From: Octopus vulgaris
Lineage: Eukaryota
Assembly: GCA_951406725.2 (NCBI GenBank)
Contig: OX597831.1
Span: 40,362,001-40,426,000 of the forward strand
Direction: 5' to 3'
Length of the DNA stretch: 64,000 nucleotides
This document shows, one piece after another, positions 14,798 to 28,700 of this stretch (its first letter is position 1; each line of letters begins with the position of its first letter). The notes under the pieces are model-generated. The model saw only the letters and a program-made list of their open reading frames with translations. It made no database searches and was not told the origin of the DNA. The position numbers and the translations under genes are program-made.

Positions 14798-14985
14798 AAT
14801 CTCTAAGCGAGGTATAAACAGTAACTGCTCTGTAATATAAGCGGGACCAGCCATCTGAATGTGTCGGACACCGTGATGGTGTCGGCTTTCCTGGTGACGT
14901 CTATAGTCGCCTGGGGCTAAATGCATCAGTAACACCCCCACCACCCCGCCCTGTCCCTAGCCACATTCAGATGGCTGGTCCCGCT

Positions 14986-15038
<53 letters not shown>

Positions 15039-15043
15039 CATAC

Positions 15044-15077
<34 letters not shown>

Positions 15078-15305
15078 TTGTGTGTGTGTGCGTGTGTGTA
15101 TGTGTGTGTCTGTGTTTGTCCCCCCAGCATCGCTTGAGAACCGATGCTGGTGTGTTTACGTCCCCGTAACTTAGCGGTTTAGCAAAAGAGGCCGATAGAA
15201 TAAGTACTAGGCTTACAAAGAATAAGTCCTGGGGTCGATTTGCTCGACTAAAAGTGGTGCTCCAGCATGGCCGCAGTTAAATGACTAAAACAAGTAAAGA
15301 GAGTA
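14573..15305 (+). mobile_element. SINE family B carrying a nested insert in its (TA)n
   Basis: Family B head 14573-14740 and tail ~15105-15305. Confidence 0.9.
14793..14992 (-). mobile_element. (TA)n-inserted fold-back element, putative Penelope-like pLTR
   Basis: 31-bp perfect inverted arms 14832-14862/14962-14992, ~40-nt unpaired tail, internal hairpins, hammerhead-like CTGATG..GAAA on the minus strand. Confidence 0.55.
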
Positions 15306-15764
15306 AGCAGGTATCGCTCTGATTGGCCGCAGCCGGACACACCGCGTCCCTCCTTCATCTGCTCACTTGTATGTAATGTTCTTGGTCATCGTCGACAACG
15401 ACGGACGAAATAAAATGACACAGCGTAGCTCTGATGGATCAGAATCCGAGGCTATGCTCATTTATAAGTATTCAAAGACTATATATTGAAAACTTTATCA
15501 TATTTGCACTTCCGATTAGCTACTATTTCTAGCAAATGGAACGGTATGTTTGAACAAATGAAGCCCGTAACTATATGCATATTTTAAAATTCAAGTTCGA
15601 GTTATTTCCCTTACACCTGGAACATTGATTGTTAGAGTTATGTCCCTTGGGTACAGTTTATCATTTGAATCATGGAAGTTTTATTTCACTCACAATGCAC
15701 ACACTCACATGATACGCGCGCGCGCGTGCACACACACGCACTCACATTCTTTTATTTTTTTGTA

Positions 15765-16140
15765 TTTTTTACTTGTTTCAGTCATTTGACTGCGGCCATG
15801 CAGGAGCATCACTTTGAAGATTCTTAGTCAAACAAATCGACCCCAGGACTTAATTTTTAAAACGTAATGCTTATTCTATCGGTTTGTATGCCGAGCCGCT
15901 AAGCTACGGAGACGTAAACATACCAACACCGGCTATCAAGCAGTAATGGGGGTTCAAGCACACATACACACACATATATGATGGGCTTCTTTCAGTTTCC
16001 GTCTACCAAATCCCCTCACAAACTTTTATTCAGCCCCAGGCTATAGTAGAAGACAGTTGCACAAGGTGCTACGCAGTGAGACTGAACACAGAACCATGCA
16101 GTTGAGAAGCAAGTTCCTTACCGTAGAGCCACGCATGCGT
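15765..16140 (-). mobile_element. SINE family B, diverged
   Basis: Colinear with family B consensus. Confidence 0.85.
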
Positions 16141-16204
16141 TAATATTTTCTTATATGTTAAGTTATATACACAACCTGTCAAGCATTAAATTGAAGGATC
16201 ATAT

Positions 16205-16790
16205 ATTCTTTTCTACTCTAAGCACAAGGCCCGAAATTTTGGGGGAGGAGGGCCAGTCGATTACATCGACCCCAGTGCGTAACTGGTACTTAATTTATCG
16301 AAAGGATGAAAGGCAAAGTCGACCTCGGTGGAATTTTGAACTCAGAATGTAAAGACAGACGAAATACTTATTTCCTTACTACCCACAAGGAGCTAAAGAT
16401 AGAGAGGATAAACAAGGACAGACAAACGGATTAAGTTGATTACATCGACCCCAGTGCGTAACTGGTACATATTTAATCGAACCCGAGAGGATGAAAAGCA
16501 AAGTCGACCTCGGCGGAATTTGAAATCACAACGTAACGCAGACGAAATACCTATTTCTATTTCTTTATTACCCACAAGGGGCTAAACACAGAGGCAACAA
16601 ACAAGGACAGACATAGGTATCAAGTCGATCACATCGACCCCAGTGCGTAACTGGTACTTAATTTATCGACCCCGAAAGGATGAAAGGCAAAGTCGACCTC
16701 GGCGGAATTTGAACTCAGAACGTAACGGCAGACGAAATACCGCTAAGCATTTCGCTCGGCGTGCTAACGTTTCTGACAAGTCGCTGCCTT
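16205..16790 (-). mobile_element. SINE family A with three internal units
   Basis: Head at ~16790 and three copies of the core unit. Confidence 0.9.
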
Positions 16791-17173
16791 TGAAAGATTA
16801 CATTATTACATAAACTGTGATAATATTTTAATCTTTATTTTTCCTAGTGATTGTGATTACGTATATATCTACTTTTGCGACCGTAGTAGGACGTCTTTTT
16901 TTTTTATGTCTTGTTTACAATCTAGGCATCTAGCTTTTATTCTGAAATCTGAAAAATCCGAAATTCAGGACACAAGTGTTCCGGATAAAGGATAGTGCAC
17001 CTGTAATACTTTGCAGTTGAGAACCACATATATTTATACAAGGAAAAAATTGAAAGTGACTTCAGAAATATTCCGTAAATTTGAGGCAGAAGTGAGACGT
17101 CGTAGGTTTGAAGAAAGTAGAAGTGGTCAGAGTAGGCGAGAAGACCAACACCCCCCCCACCCCCACCCCCCCC

Positions 17174-17208
<35 letters not shown>

Positions 17209-17411
17209 TCCGAAATTGCGAAGATAATCTGGTACTCGGCTGAGGAAAGTAAACTCCGAATGACCCAGCCTTGTTTTCTTTGTATCGTCTATCTGGATGT
17301 TTTGTTGTTCAATTTTTGTATCACCTAACTGTCCGGATGTTTTGCGTTCTTGTCCCATTTTGTATATATATATATAGAGAGAGAGAGAGAGAAAGAGAGA
17401 GACACACAGAA

Positions 17412-17781
<370 letters not shown>

Positions 17782-17859
17782 TCAAGGAAGTTGACAGAAA
17801 TGTCGGAGAAGACAGAGGTGAACTCAAGGGAAGGATATACATACGCATATCCATTTAGA

Positions 17860-18370
17860 TGCTCATGTGCGCATGTCAGGGACTGAATTACAATCGTTAA
17901 GTAAATTATACTTAATATTCCATATTCTCTTATTTTTCGAGCACCATCCGGAGTATTTGAGGGCTGCTTTCTGCAAGTGCTCCAACCCTATTGCAGTCCC
18001 TGTTTGTTCCATGTACTTTTCAAGATTTTTACTCACTGTCCCCACGGCTCCGACAATTGTTGCTACTACTACCACCTTTTTCATCGAGCACAACTGTTTA
18101 ACTTCCCAAGCTAACCTGTTTTATCTATCGACTTTTCTTTCTTCCTTATTACATACCTTGTTGTCAGCTGGGCATGCTATATCTATGATCCAACATCGTT
18201 TGCTTTCTTTCTCAATTAACACTATGTCTAGTTTCCTATTCTCTATCTCATGGTCGCACTGAATCATAAAATCTATAGGATCTTTACATTATCATTTTCG
18301 ATTATGCCATCTGTTTTTTTTTGCTCTGTCAAGTCCATACATGTTGCAAAGTGTGCAATTAAACCCTTTG
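17860..18370 (-). mobile_element. R4/Dong-like LINE 3' fragment (RLE domain), second subfamily
   Basis: IQCDHEIENRKLDIVLIEKESKRCWIIDIACPADNKVCNKEERKVDR*..VVATIVGAVGTVSKNLEKYM..LEHLQKAAL. Confidence 0.82.
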
Positions 18371-18395
18371 GAGCTCGTCTAACGACGTGAGAGTC

Positions 18396-18431
<36 letters not shown>

Positions 18432-18439
18432 TCTATTAC

Positions 18440-18581
18440 TCTTTTATTCTTTTACTTGTTTCAGTCATTTGACTGCGGCCATGCTGGAGCACCGCCTTTA
18501 GTCGATCAAATCGACCCCGGGACTTATTCTTTGTAAGCCCAGTATTTATTCTATCGGTCTCTTTTACCGAACCGCTAAGTT
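18440..18581 (-). mobile_element. SINE family B, 3' fragment
   Basis: Family B tail sequence between (ATT)n tracts. Confidence 0.85.
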
Positions 18582-18781
18582 ATTATTATTATTATTATTA
18601 TTATTATTGTTATTATTATTATTATTAAGTCAACGTTAAAAGAAGAGTGCCATTGTCATCTAGTGAACGATATTTCGACATCTTGTGTGTCTTCAACAGG
18701 TTTAAAAATTAATTTTGTCAATCTACTTCATTTTGGTTAATATATAAAGGATTGAGGATTATTATTATTATTATTATTATT

Positions 18782-19335
18782 GAGTGAGAGAGCAGTGCAT
18801 GCCATCAAAGTGACACTGGGGTAAAATATACGAAGTCCAATATACTCATCATGACTACCCGTCTGATAAGGGTACACCAGGCACATGCATCACAACCATA
18901 TGTGCGCGACATGGTGATCTCATATCAAGATAAACAGCACATGACCTTGCAGGTGGGGCCCAGTTAGAATTTTCTTCAGGTTGAGTAGCCCATCCCGCTC
19001 AAAAGGTCCCTGAATAAGGGTTGTTTAAGAATGTTGAAAGAACCACCCATGTTTCCAGAGGTGAAATATTCAAACCCCAAAGAATCCCTCTCAACACATG
19101 GCTATGATGCTCCCCCACTACTTCTGCTCGTGATCAGAGATGCACATATCGTCAGCCACTAAGGGACATGCTCAACTGGTTAAGGTCAAACAACTGACAA
19201 GCAAATCTGTGGTATTGAGCAGAATATTTGCTGTAGCCCATCTTTTATACCAAGACAAAACAATGTACATGATAACACTTCCAATCAGTTAAGATCAGAA
19301 GCCTTGAGAGCCACTGCCTGGTACTGCATCAGGGC

Positions 19336-19338
<3 letters not shown>
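18782..19338. repeat. Unclassified ~560-bp insert flanked by (ATT)n
   Basis: Complex non-coding sequence bounded sharply by (ATT)n on both sides; no ORF or TIR seen. Confidence 0.45.
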
Positions 19339-19378
<40 letters not shown>

Positions 19379-19937
19379 GTATGCCGTATTTGTATGTACG
19401 CAGACATGTGCGTGTATATACTTGTATGTATGTGCGTGTGTGTATATATGGCGGACTCGCTTGTCGTAAGCGACATATGTGGATTTCGGCAGCTTTTCGC
19501 TTAACAAACTGTACAAGCGATTTGCTTCCATCGACCAGATGTCTGTCCTGTACATTGCTCGCTCGCTCCATGGAATCGACATTGCCTGTCCACGTGCTCC
19601 AGTGTGTCGCACGTCAGACGTTGAAGTGATCGCAGAGTGAGGTGAGATGAAGTGTTTTGCTCAAGAATATAAGATACTACCTGGTGCAGGAATCGAAACC
19701 ACGGCTACGAGATCGTAAGTGCAACGACGAAATCACCAACTCACTCCCTATCACTAGCGCACAGCTCCACTTTTTTTTACGATCCCTTTTTATCGGAATT
19801 CCCCCCTTTTTTTCACGATCCCTTTTGATCGGAATTCGCCCCTCCCCCTTTTTTCCCTTCTCTTCTTCACAAAAAGAAAAGCTCTACTTTGCTTTTGGTC
19901 CCTTCTGTGTTTAGCCCTGCGTGGTCAATAAAGAAGC

Positions 19938-20242
<305 letters not shown>

Positions 20243-20822
20243 AAATATTCCTTTTACGGCACCATTACGCTTTTATGCAACATCACTTTCCGAACATACA
20301 CATGATTTAAAATGAAAACGTATAGATTATTAATTAAAAATATCTATACTATGTACTGCGGATCCTTATAAATTATGTTTAAATAAAGCATTGGAAATCC
20401 TTATGGCTGGCGACGTCATTCTTGCCAGCAGAAAAGAGGCTGTTACTTTGTTTGCGCAGAAAGTCTTAAATATTCAAAATCTATGAGAGAACAAATAAGG
20501 AGAGTACGAAAGATTAAAATTTTGTCTATGCATGTCTACATTTATATGTCACTCTATCTTACGTGCCTATGTGTGCATGTATTGTTTTGTATATGTGTGT
20601 TTACGTGTGTATTTGTGCATGTGTGTATGTGTGTATATGAGTATATATGAGTATATATGAGTACGTACTTGAATGTGTGAAAACACACACGTGTGTGTGT
20701 GTGTGCGTGTATGTGCGTGAATATATATATATATACATATATATGTATGTGTGTGTGTGTGTGTGTGTATAAATATGTATCAAAATGTGTGTATATATGT
20801 ATGCATGAATATATGTATGTGA

Positions 20823-20863
<41 letters not shown>

Positions 20864-20971
20864 GAGATAGATAAATATATGCTCCTCTCTCTCTCTCTCT
20901 ATACATATATATATATATATATGCATACATGTATATGTATGTGACTATGCATAAATATGCATGTTTGTATG

Positions 20972-21016
<45 letters not shown>

Positions 21017-21537
21017 TATACAAAGTATGTGTGTGTATATGTATGTGTGTGACTCTGTGCCTGTATGCGCACCTGCATATGGTTATGTGTTAGTGCTTTT
21101 TGAATTTACATGAAGATCAATACCTATTGATATTTGTGTTTACATATTATGTTTTCCTATTCATTGTGTTTACATATTGTGTTTTCAAATCTCTGATTTC
21201 AGTCAATACACTATCTCTCCTTCTCACCTATTCTTCACCTTCCTCTCCAATGAGCTTCCTTATTTTCTTACTCTTGCTTCTCTTTGTCATGGAAGTATTT
21301 GTTTATTGAGGTATGAAGCTTGTTTTTTAACCACATCGTTCCAGGTTCAGTCCCACTGCGTGGCACCTTGGGCCAGTGTCTTCTACTATAGTCTTGAGCC
21401 GACCAAAGCCTTCACAGCGGATTTGGTCGGTGGAAACTAAAAGAAACACATCATATATATATATATGGAGAGAGAGGGGGAGAGAGAGAGAGAGAGAGTG
21501 TGTGTGTGTGTTAGGTGTGATGTACAGAATTGAATAT

Positions 21538-21729
21538 TGAGAAAAAAGTAGTCAAAATTTTCGGAAAAAATCCTTTAATACCTTTATTATTACTAGCGCT
21601 TTCGTTCCTCTCTAGAACTTGTCAAATACAAAATTATATTTGACAAGTTTTAGAGAGGAACGAAAGCGCTAATAATAAGAAAGGAATTAAAGGATTTTTT
21701 TCCGAAAATTTTGACTACTTTTTTTCTCA
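21538..21729. mobile_element. Fold-back element with degenerate hammerhead, abutting (TA)n
   Basis: ~90-bp inverted arms; both read TTGACAA-GTT(T/C)TAGAGAGGAAC-GAAA-GCGC-TA, with two core mismatches to CTGANGA. Confidence 0.65.
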
Positions 21730-21808
<79 letters not shown>

Positions 21809-21809
21809 T

Positions 21810-22225
21810 GCCGCAGGCGAGGATATGTGGTGAGAAGATTGCTCCCTAATCACATGGTTCCGGGTTCAATCCAACTGTTCGGCACCTTGGGTAAGTGTCT
21901 TCTATTATAGCCTCGGGCCGAACAAAGCCTTGTGAATGGATTTGGTATACATCATACATACATATGTGTGTGTGTGTGTTTGTGTGTTTGTGTATGTAAG
22001 TGTTTGTCCCCACCACCACAACCACCACTACCACCACCGCTTGACAAGCGGTGTTGGTATGTTTACATCGCCGTGAAATAGCGGTTTGGCAAAAGAGTCT
22101 GACAAAGTAAATATCAAACTTAAAATAAAAGTGCTGAGATTCGATTCATTCGACTTAAAAGGTCTTGAAGGCGGTGCCCCAGTATGGCCGCAGTCTAATG
22201 ACTGAAACAACTAAATAGTAAAAAA
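21810..22225 (+). mobile_element. SINE family B, diverged
   Basis: Colinear with family B consensus. Confidence 0.82.
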
Positions 22226-22247
22226 TAACAGATGTATTCTCTTATTC

Positions 22248-22293
<46 letters not shown>

Positions 22294-22294
22294 G

Positions 22295-22875
22295 TTTTTT
22301 CCTTCTTTCTTCAAATTTTCTTCCGTTTCTCGCCGAGTGTTTTCCATACACCTAGGGCAGAGAAGCTCATTGTATGCATTCCCAGATTACACACGCAAAT
22401 TCACAGATAAAATATGTATTTAAAAATTAATGAATAAACAAATTCATGGATGGATGTTGTTTTCACAGTGATAATGCTCTTCTCAGTACATGAGCCGTTC
22501 CAGTTAATACGATTTTTTGCACTTCCTGTAGGGATGGTAAGCCTGGAATCATTTTCAAATAGGTTTCAGTACCTTTTTTTTATCATTCCTAGAGATCCTA
22601 CAATCACTGGTACTGTAGTTGCCTTGAGATGCCACATTTTTTTAAATTTCTATTAGCAGGTCTTTGTATTTACTAATCTTGTCAAATTCCTTCGCCGCTA
22701 TATTGTGATCGCAAGGGATACTCATGTCAATTAATAAACACATCTTTTTGTCTGATCTTTTATAATAATATCCGGTTTATTAGCTTTTATAGTCTTGTCG
22801 GTCTGTACGCGGAAGTCCCACAGAATCGACACATTTTCTCCCTTCAGGATGGTGTTTATACCACTTGTCAGCGGT
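22295..22875 (-). mobile_element. R4/Dong-like LINE 3' fragment between (ATT)n tracts
   Basis: GENVSILWDFRVQTDKTIKANKPDIIIKDQTK..IDMSIPCDHNIAAKEFDKISKYKDLLIEI; 3' UTR similar to 3570-3700. Confidence 0.85.
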
Positions 22876-22903
22876 TTTGATTTTATATTATTATTATTTG
22901 ATT

Positions 22904-22957
<54 letters not shown>

Positions 22958-22960
<3 letters not shown>

Positions 22961-23560
22961 GCTGACCTTGTGCCGTCAATAATGACGCTAATTGTAGTAT
23001 TTTATATAAAAAGAAGGTACCAAATAAGGTACATAATAATCACACATACAAACATTCAAATACTTCCCTTGAACACGCACACACATACAAATACACTCAG
23101 AGTTGAAACGCTGTTTGATTTTTCTTTTCCGTTTTGAACGTTCGCCATCCCATTTCCATTGCACACACGCACTTACACACCAACACATACAAAAATTGAC
23201 ATATCTCTCTTTTACATACACACACATACTCACACAGAGCTGAAATGCTGCTGGAATTTTTCTTTTCCGTGTTGAACGTTAACCACCCCATTTCCATTGC
23301 ACAAACACATACAAACATTGACGTATCTCTCTTTTACATCCACACACATATACTCACACAGAGCTGAAACGTTGATTTTTTGCACCTTCCTTCCTTATTC
23401 AGCTATCACCCCTTCCTTTCTCTCATTGCGGTTACTTTCTCTCACTCTCTCTCTCAGTTTGGGCTATTACTCTCACTACTTCTCCTTCACTGAATTACTA
23501 TTTTCTCTCCTCTCCCTTCACTTATGCTACTCTTTATCCTAATCCGTGATTTCTGAGAAA
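22958..23560 (-). mobile_element. Non-autonomous Helitron-like element
   Basis: Homologous to 59487-59815; minus-strand 3' end has a CGTCA/TGACG hairpin then CTAA; internal ~135-bp tandem duplication. Confidence 0.55.
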
Positions 23561-23586
23561 TATAAATGTGTGTGTGTGTGTATATG

Positions 23587-23648
<62 letters not shown>

Positions 23649-23854
23649 AACAAATATTTAAAAACACTACGCTCATTATTATATTAAGAGATTTCTTTAT
23701 CCCTTTAGGGTTGTTCAAAATTTTTCATTCGTTCTTTCCTTCCTCTCTTTCTTTCTGTCTGTCTCTCTTTTTCCTGTTTTACTTCTTCCGGTTTTCCCTC
23801 CCTTTCTATTTTCTGTTACTCTTTCGTTTCTTTCTTTCTTTTCCTCTTTCATTA

Positions 23855-24102
23855 ACAAACATCCAGTCCAGACTGTGAAGTGGTTGGCATTTGGAAGGGC
23901 ATCTACCTGTAAAAACAATGTCAAAACTGACCTCGCTTTTGCTGGGGGCTCGTAAAAAGCACTCAGTTCACTCTGCGTGGTGGTCGGTGTTAGGAAGGCC
24001 ATCCAGCCGTAAAACCCATGCCAAAACAAACGCAGTAGTTTGGGGGTAGTCTTCTGTCAAAGCATCCAGCCCATAGCAGCGTGGAAGGCGGGCGTCAAAC
24101 AA
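23855..24102 (+). mobile_element. SINE/LINE-tail repeat (family E) ending in (GAT)n
   Basis: Two copies of GGTTGGCAT..GGAAGG(G/C)CATC..GTAAAA; related minus-strand fragment at ~55205-55340. Confidence 0.55.
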
Positions 24103-24534
24103 TGATGATGATGATGATGATGACGACGACGACGATGATGACGACGACGACGACGACGATGATGATGGTGATGATGACGACCATAATGATGATGATGATG
24201 GTGATGATGATGATGGACATGATGATGGTGGTGGTGATGATGATGTTGATGATGATGGAGATGATGGTGATGGTGGTGGTGGTGGTGGTGATGATGATGA
24301 TGGTGGTAATGATGATGATGATGATGACGATGATGACGGTTGTGGTGATGATGAGGATGATGATGACGATGATGATGACGGTGATGATGATGATGATGAT
24401 GGGGGTGGTGGTGGTGGTGATGATGATGGTGGTAATGATGATGACGATGATGATGGTGGTGGTAGTAGTTGTGGTGATGATGATGATGATGATGACGATG
24501 ATGATGACGGTGATGATGATGATGATGATGACGG

Positions 24535-24572
<38 letters not shown>

Positions 24573-24662
24573 GTGATGATGATGGTGATGGTGATGGTGG
24601 TGGTGGTGGTGGTGGTGGTGGTGATGGTGATGATGATGGTTATGATGATGATGATGACGATG
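24103..24662. repeat. (GAT)n/(GGT)n compound microsatellite
   Basis: Visible; source of the poly-His and poly-Met pseudo-ORFs. Confidence 0.95.
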
Positions 24663-25157
24663 AAGGCGATTTTCTATTTGTCTTCTACGTCGCTTTCCCA
24701 CTCTCCATTTCTCTTGTTTCATAGTGCTTTTTCTGCCGATTATCTCTTCCTTTTTACCCCACCTCAAAAAAGAGAAAAAAAAAATCCTTATAAAACCCCT
24801 GGCCATTCTTTCCAACTTCTCCACATTTGTTTCTCGGTAACCCAATGCAATAAAGCACTCCTTGATGATCCTCTCTCGTTAAGCAAACAAATACACTTGG
24901 AACATCCATTGCAGGATTCCAAGCAACCAAAATGGTGAAACGTACGTGAAAAATAATAATATAAACTTGTGTTGCACGCAATTTCTCTCACACTTGCTCT
25001 GCATTTTATAACAAATAATGCTAGTGATACTACAAATAAATATCATGTAGATATATATATGCACACACACACACACACACACACACACGTGTGTGTATGT
25101 ATGTATGCATGTGTATGTGTGTATATATATATATAATGTAGATATAAATATGCATTC

Positions 25158-25186
25158 ATGCACGTATGTATATATATATATGTCTG

Positions 25187-25220
<34 letters not shown>

Positions 25221-25560
25221 TGTATGTATGTATGTATGCGCATAAACGCACACACGCATACAAACGAATGGAAGTGCGTACGTGTGTATGTATATGTATG
25301 CATGTATGTATGTATGTATGTATGTATGTATGTATGTATGTATGTGTGTATGTATGTGTGTATGTATGTATGTACGAATCTGTGTATGTGTATATGTATG
25401 TATGCATGTATGTATGTAAGAATGTATGTATGTATCTATATATGTACGTGTGTATGTATGTATGTATGTATGTATGTATGTATGTATGTATGTATGTATG
25501 TATGTATGTATCTATATATGCATGTACGTGTGTATGTATATATACATGTATGTATGTACG

Positions 25561-25592
<32 letters not shown>

Positions 25593-25608
25593 TGTATGTA
25601 TGTATGTA
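25158..25608. repeat. (TATG)n tract
   Basis: Visible tandem tetranucleotide. Confidence 0.95.
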
Positions 25609-26021
25609 CAATACAGCGGAAATGCAATTTTCCTTTCATTTGGGTTACCATAGAGTAAATAAACGTACGCAACCAACAACCCCAATATTCGCCATTCCAT
25701 TTCACTTTATAGCCATTTCGTCTGCAGGCTGCAATGCTCATCACAAAAGACATCAAATTTGCACAATAGACACTGGAAGAATAAACATGACATTATGTGT
25801 CCATATTGGTTATTAATTATTCGTTATGTATATATGGCGAAGTCAATGGGTAGTTGAGTTGGTGCCGAGGCAGAAATCATGTCTCCTTGGTTTTTCATTC
25901 CCTCGAATGCGATAAAAGTAGAAGCGCATCCGCGCAAACCCATGAAAATGCGCTCGCCTACACAAACACATGCGTATGCACCCACCCATACACACATGTA
26001 GATACAAATTCTGATATTTAT

Positions 26022-26064
26022 GCATACATACATACATACATACATACATACATACATACATACA

Positions 26065-26095
<31 letters not shown>

Positions 26096-27056
26096 GTACG
26101 TACATACATACGTTTACACTGACATGCAAACACACATGCAAGCATATATATATATATACATATATGCATGCATACATACATACATACATACATACATACA
26201 TACATACATACATACATACATTCATTCATACATACATTCATACATACATTCATTCATACATACATTCATACATACATACATACATACATACATACATACA
26301 TTCATTCATACATACATACATACATACATACATACATACATACATACATACATACATACATACATACATACATACATACATACATGCATTCATATATACA
26401 TACATGCATTCATATATACATTCATCCATACATTCATCCATACATTCATACATACATACATTCATCCATACATTCATACATACATACATACATACATACG
26501 TACATACATACGTACACACATACATTCATACATACATACATACATACATACATACATTCATACATACATACATTCATACATACATTCATACATACATTCA
26601 TACATACATTCATACATACATACATTCATACATACATTCATACATACATACATTCATACATACATACATTCATACATACATACATTCATACATACATAGG
26701 TACACACATACATACATACATACATACGTACACACATACATTCATACATACATACATACATACATACATTCATACATACATACATTCATACATACATACA
26801 TTCATACATACATTCATACATACATACATTCATACATACATTCATACATACATACATTCATACATACATACATTCATACATACATACATTCATACATACA
26901 TTCATACATACATACATACATACATACATACATACATTCATACATACATACATACATACATACATAATACATACATACATTCATACATACATACATACAT
27001 ACATACATACATACATACATACATACATACATACATACATACATACAAACATACAT
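26022..27056. repeat. ~1-kb (CATA)n/(CATT)n tract
   Basis: Visible tandem tetranucleotide with variant units. Confidence 0.95.
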
Positions 27057-27289
27057 ATTCTACTGCTGTAGTAATAATATTTATGTAAATTTAAACATCT
27101 ATCTCTCACTCTCTTTCTCTCTCTATCTCTCTCTCTATATGTACACGTTACCTACGCACCTACCTATCTTTCTTTTTCTCTTTCATTATACACCCCCACA
27201 CACCTATACCCACCATCACCACCACCACACACATATATACACATATCTGCATAATTATGTATGCATGTATATGCATAAATGATGCACAG

Positions 27290-27940
27290 ATTCGGTTCGG
27301 TGCACCAAAGAAACAGGGCTTTCAAGAGGGCCGTCTTCAAATCCAATAATGTCCCCGACGAGGCCACGAAAATCATGGCATTTCATGACCAAGTACATCG
27401 ACTGCATGTCGCCCACAAGGCCAATGATGGCGCCTCACTATCGTTGGTGAGCAGCTACCGATTCTACTCATAAGAGTTCAAGGGGATCAAATCAGGAGAG
27501 CAGAAGAACCACATGATTCTGAAGCTCGGGTGGGCGGGGGGCGGTCACATGATCACATCTTTCTATTGATTTATTCTCATTCCAGAATGTCTTTTGCTAG
27601 ATGTCCGCGTGCGCCATACATCAAATAGTGGACTTCGACTTGAGCTGCTCAGAGACCCATTGAGTGGCTTACCTTGGACCTACTTGAGGAATTTGACCTT
27701 TCTAAGAATGGCCCTTTCTTTTGGTCACCGATGACACGTTTACACAAAAAAACTTCCAGCTCTTTCCCGATCTTGAACACAAAGGACCGAGCAAGGTTCA
27801 CAAAGCTGGCGATCAGTTATTATGGTTGGTGGCCAAATCGACATGTCTATCGTGCTTTTTCGTTTTTTGTATCAGAACCAGTTGGGGATCTACCATGCTG
27901 ATGCTGTCGATACGTCCAAAGAACAAATAAGATGGTTAGG
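27290..27940 (-). mobile_element. Highly decayed Tc1/mariner-superfamily (maT-like) transposase remnant
   Basis: Minus strand WFFCSPDLIPLNSYE* resembles WPPxSPDLNPLDY; SPAL*TLLGPLCSRSGKS resembles the PASVMVxG motif. Confidence 0.45.
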
Positions 27941-28134
27941 CCCTTTGATATCAGCTCAACAGTGACGGTCTCTGACAGAAAATTCTTTTTCAAAAATAAT
28001 TTAGATTGAAAACTTCAATCAAGATTTTATATTAATTTATGTTCGAAACACCAGCGTAATAATGACAAGAGATATTTTACCAAAATTTTCAATTTTTGCA
28101 AAATTATTTGAAACGATGACAGTATATCTAAATA

Positions 28135-28700
28135 TTGGGTTGTCCGGAAAGTTCGTGCCGATTTATAGTAGCTTACCTTTCGACTTGTCTTAGGACATGG
28201 TTGAGTCCATAAAATAGGATTTGACTGCACCTCCATTTAGAGCACAGTTTAAGCTATCTTTTCGTTGAAGAAGGTTTATGTTCCTATAACCTGTGTTAAT
28301 TCTGTAATCCTTTAAAATGGAAGATAAGAAAGTTCATTTTCGGCACTTGATGATTTGGGAACCAGACAAAAATTGCTGCAGCTCGGCTGGGATGTGTTAC
28401 CCCACCCTCCATATTCACCAGATATTGCTCCTTCGGATATCCACTTATTCAGGTCTCTGCAGAATAGTCTTAATGGTAAAAATTTCAATTCCTTGGATGA
28501 CGTAAAAAGATACCTTGATGAATTCTTTGCCATGAAACCACCTCAATTCTGGGAAGAGGGTATTTTCAAGTTAAAGGAAAGATGGAGACGCATTGTGCAA
28601 CAAAATGGTTCATATTTGGTTGATTAAAAATGAAATGGAAAGTATTTATTGACATTTTTCTTTCCTTTAAAAATCGGCACAAACTTTCCGGACAACCCAG
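28135..28700 (+). mobile_element. Internally deleted mariner with TIRs and TA TSD
   Basis: TIR (T/C)TGGGTTGTCCGGAAAGTT(C/T)GTGCCGATTT at both ends flanked by TA; MEDKKVHFRHLM joined to LGWDVLPHPPYSPDIAPSDIHLFRSLQN..GSYLVD. Confidence 0.95.

Noticed and set aside
14360-14944. 194-aa minus-strand ORF
   Set aside because: Runs through a SINE, (TA)n and a nested insert; no family signature
15315-15470. ATTGG box followed by a short ATG-initiated frame (MTQRSSDGSESEAM..)
   Set aside because: Weak donor and no homology recognised; the 11350 candidate fits phase and motif context better
18660-18700. Minus-strand CTGTTGA-AGACA..TGTC-GAAA hammerhead-like string
   Set aside because: A6 is mutated and no convincing stem I or stem III forms
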